From: Candidatus Eiseniibacteriota bacterium | Lineage (GTDB): Bacteria > Eisenbacteria > RBG-16-71-46 | Assembly: GCA_044222065.1 (NCBI GenBank) | Contig: JBGAOA010000011.1 | Coordinates: 1,862 to 65,861, forward strand | Length of the DNA: 64,000 nucleotides | Direction of reading: 5' to 3' | Shown here: positions 58,726 to 64,000 of the stretch, one piece after another | Layout of the letters: each line of letters begins with the position of its first letter | Position numbering within the stretch: the stretch's first letter is position 1 | Program-made: the position numbers and the translations under genes | The notes under the pieces: model-generated | The model's database searches: none | What the model saw: the letters and a program-made list of their open reading frames with translations, nothing else | What the model was told of the DNA's origin: nothing

Positions 58726-60723
58726 ATGACGCGCCGATCGCTGTTCGCCGCCGCGGCACTCGCGCTCGCGTGCGCGTGCGCGCCCGCCGCCGCACCCGCC
58801 GCGCTTCCGCCGCTCCTGCCGCGCACGCTGTTGTTCGGCGAGGCCGAGTCCGACTTCGCTTCGATGTCCTCGGACGGCCGCTGGCTGTGCTGGGCGAAGC
58901 GCGACACCGCCGGGATCGTGAACCTGTGGGTGCGCGGCCTCGATCGCGACACGAGCTGGCAGGTCACGAACGACCGCCGGCGCGGCACGCACTTCGGCGT
59001 GTGGACGTGCGACTCGAAGCGGCTCTTGTACCTCGAGGACGGCGACGGTGACGAGAACGACCACGTCTTCGCCGCCGACGTCGCGACCGGCCGCGTGCGC
59101 GACCTGACGCCGTTCGTCGGCGCGCGCGCCGAGGGCATCCACCTCGATCCGCGCGTGCCGGGCGCGATGGTCGTGGGGCTCAACGTGCGCGACCCGCGCG
59201 TGTTCGACGTGTACCGCGTGGACTTCGAAACCGGCGCCGTGACGCTCGAGGCCGAGAACCCCGGCGACGTGCTCGAGTGGACGACCGATCCCGAGCTACG
59301 CGTGCGCGGTGCGACGGCGTTGCGCAAGGTCGACGCGGCGACCGTGCTGCGCGTGCGAGATCGCGCGGACGGTCCGTGGCGCGACCTCGCGACGTGGCCG
59401 TTCGAGCAGGCGGGCTTCGATCGCGCGCAGAAGATCGTCGCGTTCCTGGACCCGCGCACGCTGCTCGTGCAGATGTGGGCCGGCGGGAACACGTCGCGGC
59501 TCGTCACGATGAGCGCCGACGACGGCCGGGTGATCGAGACGCTCGTCGGCGATCCGCGCGGCGACCTGTGGATGTTCGGCGGCGGCGGAACGGACGAGCC
59601 GGTCGTGATGCTGTCGCGCGACCGCTCGCGCGTGCTCGCCGCCGGCGTCAACTACCTGAAGCCCGAGTGGCGCGTGCTCGACCCGTCGGTGAAGCCGGAC
59701 TTCGACGCGATCTCCGCCGCGGTGAAGGGCGACGCGTGGGTGCCGCAGCAGGTGTCGGCCGACGGCCGCCGCTGGCTCATCAACGTGTTCGGCGCGACGA
59801 ATCCCGGGCGATACGCGTTGTGGGAGCGCGACGCGAAGCGGCTCGTGCCGCTGTTCTCGGCGCGGCCCGAACTCGAGGCCGCCACGCTCGCCGCGGTCGA
59901 GCCGCTCACGATCCGGGCGCGCGACGGCCGTGCGATCCCGTGCTACCTCGCGCTGCCGACGGGCGTGCCCGCGAAGAAGCTGCCGCTCGTCGCGTACATC
60001 CACGGCGGGCCGTGGTTCCGCGACCAGTGGACGTGGGACCCGCTCGTGCAGCTCTACGCGAACCGCGGCTACGCGGTGCTGCAGGTCCAGTTTCGCGGCT
60101 CGACCGGATTCGGACTCGATCACCTGCTCGCGGGCAAGCTCGAGTTCGGGCGCGGCAAGGTGCTCGGCGACGTCGTGGACGCAGTGGAGGCACTCGTCGC
60201 GCGCGGCACGGCGGACCCGAAGCGGCTCGCGATCATGGGCGCCTCGTTCGGCGGTTACGCGACGCTCGGCTGCCTCGCGTTCCACCCGGACGTTTTCGCG
60301 TGCGGCGTGGACATGGTCGGGCCGTCCGACGTCGGCGCGCTGTTCGCGACGTTCCCGCCCTACTGGGGCCCGCGGAAGCAACGCTGGATGAACTGGATGG
60401 GCGACGTCGAGCACGACGCCGAACTGAACCGCGCGATCTCGCCGCTCTACCACGCCGACGCGATGAAGGCGCCGCTCCTCATCGGCCACGGCGCGAACGA
60501 TCCGCGCGTGAAGCTGTTCGCCTCGGAGACGATCGCGAAGGCGCTGCGCGATCGCGGCGTGGACGTCGCGTTCATCGTGTACCCGGACGAAGGGCACGGA
60601 TTCGGGCGCGCCGAGAACAACCTCGACTTCTTCGGCCGCGTCGAGGAGTTCCTCGCGAAGCACCTCGGCGGCCGCGCCGAGCCGTGGCGCGAGGTGCCGG
60701 GCTCGTCGGCCGAACTGCGCTGA
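58726..60723 (+). CDS. S9 family peptidase (prolyl oligopeptidase/acylaminoacyl-peptidase type)
   Basis: ATG 58726 is followed by a signal peptide. A beta-propeller N-terminal region precedes GASFGGY, the catalytic Ser elbow. Confidence 0.8.
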   Translation: MTRRSLFAAAALALACACAPAAAPAALPPLLPRTLLFGEAESDFASMSSDGRWLCWAKRDTAGIVNLWVRGLDRDTSWQVTNDRRRGTHFGVWTCDSKRLLYLEDGDGDENDHVFAADVATGRVRDLTPFVGARAEGIHLDPRVPGAMVVGLNVRDPRVFDVYRVDFETGAVTLEAENPGDVLEWTTDPELRVRGATALRKVDAATVLRVRDRADGPWRDLATWPFEQAGFDRAQKIVAFLDPRTLLVQMWAGGNTSRLVTMSADDGRVIETLVGDPRGDLWMFGGGGTDEPVVMLSRDRSRVLAAGVNYLKPEWRVLDPSVKPDFDAISAAVKGDAWVPQQVSADGRRWLINVFGATNPGRYALWERDAKRLVPLFSARPELEAATLAAVEPLTIRARDGRAIPCYLALPTGVPAKKLPLVAYIHGGPWFRDQWTWDPLVQLYANRGYAVLQVQFRGSTGFGLDHLLAGKLEFGRGKVLGDVVDAVEALVARGTADPKRLAIMGASFGGYATLGCLAFHPDVFACGVDMVGPSDVGALFATFPPYWGPRKQRWMNWMGDVEHDAELNRAISPLYHADAMKAPLLIGHGANDPRVKLFASETIAKALRDRGVDVAFIVYPDEGHGFGRAENNLDFFGRVEEFLAKHLGGRAEPWREVPGSSAELR

Positions 60724-61604
60724 TGGCGGACGGCGAGCCGCTGCGCGTCGGACTCGCGGGCGCGGGGCCGTGGGCGGCGAAGGCGCACGCGCCGATGCTC
60801 GCCGCGGGGCCCGGGACGCGGCTCGCGGGCGTGTGGTCGCGCACGCCCGAAGCGGCGCGCGCGCTCGCGGACGCGCACGGCAGCGCGGCGGTCGAGTCGT
60901 GCGACGCGCGGCTCGAGCGCTCGGACGCGATCGCGTTCGCCGTGCCGCCCGACGTGCAGGCGCGGCTCGGCGTCGTGGCCGCGCGCGCGGGGAAGGCGCT
61001 GCTGCTCGACAAGCCGCTCGCGCTCGCGCTCGACCCCGGGCGCGAACTCGCGCGCGCGGTCGAGGCATCCGGCGTCGTCACGCAGCTGATGCTCACGCAT
61101 CGCTACCGGAGCGGCGTCGCGCGCTTCGTCGAAGAGGCGCGCGCGTTCCAGGCGCTCGGCGCGCGCGCCGCGTTCCTGTCGGGCGCGTTCGTGCGCGGGC
61201 CCTACGCCGGCGGCTGGCGGCTCGAGTACGGCGCGCTGCACGACCTGGGGCCGCACGCGCTCGACCTGCTCGAAGCGGCCCTCGGTCCGATCGCGCACGT
61301 CGCGGGGCGCGGCGATCCGCGCCGCTGGGTGACGCTCGTGTGCGAGCACGAGGGCGGGGCCGTCAGCGAACTCGCGCTCTCGGGCGTGATGCGGCTGCCG
61401 CAGACGGTGTTCCGGATCGAGCTCTTCGCCGCCGACCGCACGCTCGAGTTCGACGCCGTCGCGGCGTCGGCGGAGTCGCCGTGGGAGGAGGCGCGGCGCA
61501 CGTTCGTCGAAGCGGTGCGCACCGGGCGCTCGCCCGAGTGGGACGTGCGCCGGGGCCTGAGGCTGCAGGAGTTGATCGCGCGCGCCGAGCAGGCGATTCG
61601 CTAG
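60723..61604 (+). CDS. Gfo/Idh/MocA family oxidoreductase
   Basis: An ATGA overlap joins it to the peptidase. A Rossmann N-terminus (RVGLAGAGPWAAKAH) is present. Confidence 0.75.
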   Translation: MADGEPLRVGLAGAGPWAAKAHAPMLAAGPGTRLAGVWSRTPEAARALADAHGSAAVESCDARLERSDAIAFAVPPDVQARLGVVAARAGKALLLDKPLALALDPGRELARAVEASGVVTQLMLTHRYRSGVARFVEEARAFQALGARAAFLSGAFVRGPYAGGWRLEYGALHDLGPHALDLLEAALGPIAHVAGRGDPRRWVTLVCEHEGGAVSELALSGVMRLPQTVFRIELFAADRTLEFDAVAASAESPWEEARRTFVEAVRTGRSPEWDVRRGLRLQELIARAEQAIR

Positions 61605-61696
61605 TCGGCGGGACGCCGCCGCTCGCGCGCCGCCAGGCCTCGCGATCTTGCACTCCCCGGACGTGCGGGAGAGACGCCACCGCTAGACTCCTCCGC

Positions 61697-62551
61697 GTGA
61701 TCTCGCGCCGTCGGTTCCTCCGCCTCGGCGCCGTGGCGGCCGCGACGGCGCTCGGCGCGAACTACCTCACGCGCACCGAGACCCGGAGGCTCCAGGTCAC
61801 GCGCCGCACGCTCCCCGTGCCCGGACTGCCCGATCCACTCGTGGGGCGCACGCTCGTCCAGCTCTCAGACCTTCACATCGGCGGCTGGATGGACGACGGC
61901 TACATCGCCCGCACGTTCGAGCGCGTACGCGCGATGCGCCCCGACTTCGTCGCCTACACGGGCGACCAGGCCACGTTCCTCGGCAAGCGCGATCCGCGGC
62001 CGCGCATCGAGCGGCTCTTCCGCCGCGCGCCGCACGGCGCCATCGCCACCGTCGCCGTGCTCGGCAACCACGACTACGGCCACGGCCGGCTCTATTCGCA
62101 GTATCTCGACCGCAACGCCGACGACGTGACGTCGTTGCTCGAAGCCGCGGGCGTGACCGTGCTGCGCAATCGGCACGTCGAAGCGGAGGGACTCGCGTTC
62201 GTCGGCCTCGACGACCTGTGGAGCGGCCGGCTCGACGTCGCGGCGGCGCTCGCGCCGCTTCCGCCCGAGCGTCCCGCGATCCATCTGTGCCACAACCCCG
62301 ATGGCGCGGACCTTCCGGGCTGGAGCGGCCGCCGCGGCTGGGTGCTCGCGGGTCACACGCACGGCGGGCAGGTGAAGCTGCCCGGGCTGCCGCCGCCGAT
62401 CCGCAACGTGAGCAATCCGCGCTACCTCGCGGGTGAAGCCGTCATCGCGGAAGGACGACGCATGTACATCTCGCGCGGCGTCGGCTACGTCGCGCCCGTG
62501 CGCTTCCGCGTGCCGCCCGAGCTGCCCGTGTTCACGCTCGTGCGCGCGTAG
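61697..62551 (+). CDS. Tat-secreted calcineurin-like metallophosphoesterase
   Basis: The GTG start is followed by the twin-arginine motif SRRRFLRLGAVAAATA. Motifs include GDQA, GNHDY and GHTHGG. Confidence 0.7.
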   Translation: MISRRRFLRLGAVAAATALGANYLTRTETRRLQVTRRTLPVPGLPDPLVGRTLVQLSDLHIGGWMDDGYIARTFERVRAMRPDFVAYTGDQATFLGKRDPRPRIERLFRRAPHGAIATVAVLGNHDYGHGRLYSQYLDRNADDVTSLLEAAGVTVLRNRHVEAEGLAFVGLDDLWSGRLDVAAALAPLPPERPAIHLCHNPDGADLPGWSGRRGWVLAGHTHGGQVKLPGLPPPIRNVSNPRYLAGEAVIAEGRRMYISRGVGYVAPVRFRVPPELPVFTLVRA

Positions 62552-62675
62552 CGCGCACCGCTCACGCTGCCGGGCGTGTGGGACGGACTACTCGCCGAGC
62601 GACTCGAGGTCGCCGGTCGCGCGCGGCCGGCCCAGTCGCGCGAGTGCGAACGCGCCGACGATCAGGTAGCGCGCC

Positions 62676-62891
62676 TCAGCGTCGGACAACGCGTGCAACA
62701 GATCGACAAAGTCCCGGTTCAAACGGGCGCCCCTCCGTGTGCTCCCATAGCTGGACGCTCAGCGTCCACGCGAGATTTACGCGCTCGTCCGGACCGAGCG
62801 ATTCCCAGTAGGCCCGGTCGGCCGCCTCGCTTTCGGCGCCGAGAGCGACCTTGCGGATCGTGATGTTGCGCGTGCGCGGAGCGTCGTTCAT
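62676..62891 (-). CDS. hypothetical small protein
   Basis: The 71-aa ORF has non-Arg-rich composition but no recognised family. It overlaps spurious plus-strand ORFs. Confidence 0.25.
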   Translation of the reverse strand: MNDAPRTRNITIRKVALGAESEAADRAYWESLGPDERVNLAWTLSVQLWEHTEGRPFEPGLCRSVARVVRR

Positions 62892-62913
62892 GCGCGGGAG
62901 GATAGCACGCGAA

Positions 62914-64000
62914 TCAGCGCTCGTCGGCCGCGAGCGGCTCGCCCGCGCGCTCCTTCGCGAGGCGTTCGAGGCTGCGATCGGCGACGCACCACGCGTGCAG
63001 CCGCTCCATCGCCCAGTGGAACTCGCCGTTCCTCCGCAGCCCCGTCGCGATGCAGTCGCCGTAGCAGCGCGCGGCGCCCTTCAGGTCGCCCTTCGCCTCG
63101 CGCGCGAGGCCGAGGTAGTAGAACGCCTCGCACGCCGACTTGCCGTCGGTGATCGTCGCGCGCGCGTCCGACTCGCTCGCCGCGCCGACGAGGTAGCGCG
63201 TCAACACGCGGTAGCGGTGGTCGCCCGGCGTGCGCAGCCACTCGTCGAGCGCCGCGCGCCACGCCGCATTGCGCGAGCCGTCGCGTACGTAGCTCGCCGC
63301 GCGCACGAGCCACACGCCCTCGCGCGCGCCCGCCCGCTCCGGCACCGGCACCGACCACAGCAGGTCGTCGAAGCCGCGCGAGTAGGCGCTGAGCGCCGCG
63401 TAGCCGCGATCGTCGTCGGTCTTGAGCCGCAGCTTCTCTCGCAGCCACGCGTCGGCGGCGTCGCGGCCCTTCAGCCGGCGCAGGAAGTCGGCGGCGTAGA
63501 GGCGGTCGAGCATCAGCAGGTAGTCGGTCGCGATCGTGTCCTCTTCGGCTTCGTGTTCGGGCTCGTGCGACTGCACGTAGAAGGCGGTCGCGAGGTCGCC
63601 GCGCAGCGAGAGCCCGATCGCGAGTTCGCGCAGCGTGCGGTCGCGGGGGAGCGTGAGCGCGAAGAGCGCGTCGGCGGCGCGCCGCCGCGCCGCGGGATCG
63701 GGCAGCGACGCGCACATCGCGCGCGACAGTCCGTCGCGCCAGAGCCCTGGCGTCCACGGCGCGATCGTCGCGCTCGACAGCACGTCCGTCACGCGCTCGA
63801 GCTTGTCGTGACGCCAGCACAGCTCGACCACCGTCTCGATCGCCGCCGGTTGGTCGGGGTAGCGCTGCCACGTGCGCACGGCCGCATCGAGCGCCTCGTC
63901 GTGCCGGCCGAGCCGGTCGAGCGCGCGCGCCTGCACGTCGCGCGCGCCGAACTGCCAGCTCTCGACGACGGGCGCGATGGTCTGGAGCGCGCGCGCCGCG
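62914..64000 (-). CDS. TPR-like helical repeat protein (5' end beyond window)
   Basis: The frame stays open through to coordinate 64000 with no stop, so the listed 63936 start is probably internal. Confidence 0.5.
   Translation of the reverse strand, partial: AARALQTIAPVVESWQFGARDVQARALDRLGRHDEALDAAVRTWQRYPDQPAAIETVVELCWRHDKLERVTDVLSSATIAPWTPGLWRDGLSRAMCASLPDPAARRRAADALFALTLPRDRTLRELAIGLSLRGDLATAFYVQSHEPEHEAEEDTIATDYLLMLDRLYAADFLRRLKGRDAADAWLREKLRLKTDDDRGYAALSAYSRGFDDLLWSVPVPERAGAREGVWLVRAASYVRDGSRNAAWRAALDEWLRTPGDHRYRVLTRYLVGAASESDARATITDGKSACEAFYYLGLAREAKGDLKGAARCYGDCIATGLRRNGEFHWAMERLHAWCVADRSLERLAKERAGEPLAADER

Noticed and set aside
62576-62863. Plus-strand 77/95-aa ORFs overlapping the small minus-strand ORF
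   Set aside because: They are Arg-rich, and overlap on both strands makes all three doubtful. Only the minus-strand ORF has protein-like composition, and even that is low confidence.

Overview
This is a 64 kb window of very GC-rich (about 70%) bacterial chromosome. About 60 genes are supported; most long Arg/Ala-rich ORFs in the six-frame track are GC artefacts and were ignored. Gene calls rest on recognisable protein families, Shine-Dalgarno-like GGAGG spacing, signal peptides, and the many 4-nt GTGA/ATGA stop-start overlaps. The window holds no rRNA, CRISPR, transposase or integrase genes, and no convincing tRNA. Content is housekeeping and envelope biology: Pit phosphate uptake, FabI, acyl-CoA dehydrogenase, an Lrp-lysine aminotransferase pair, transporters, peptidases, and an EPS-type glycosyltransferase/heparinase pair. 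At least nine secreted proteins share the same roughly 80-aa C-terminal sorting/Ig-like domain (Por_Secre_tail / FlgD-Ig-like type), which points to the FCB superphylum (Gemmatimonadota / Cand. Eisenbacteria-like). The most notable calls are as follows. (1) A thioredoxin-fold periplasmic protein has an in-frame TGA exactly at the first Cys of its CxxC motif (U-P-F-C), followed 11 nt later by a SECIS-like hairpin with a GGUCC apical loop. It is a candidate new selenoprotein heading a translationally coupled redox operon. (2) A cobalamin riboswitch with its terminator precedes a TonB-dependent receptor and a secreted beta-propeller protein. (3) A DUF4160-DUF2442-aldo/keto-reductase triplet is joined by GTGA overlaps. 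(4) Two ArsR/SdpR-like and SdpI-like membrane protein pairs are present, one with a rhodanese. (5) A catalytically degenerate 5'-nucleotidase-like domain is fused to a tetraheme cytochrome c. (6) An outer-membrane beta-barrel carries a CxxCH motif. (7) A heparinase II/III-like gene shows an apparent frameshift, and gene remnants lie nearby.
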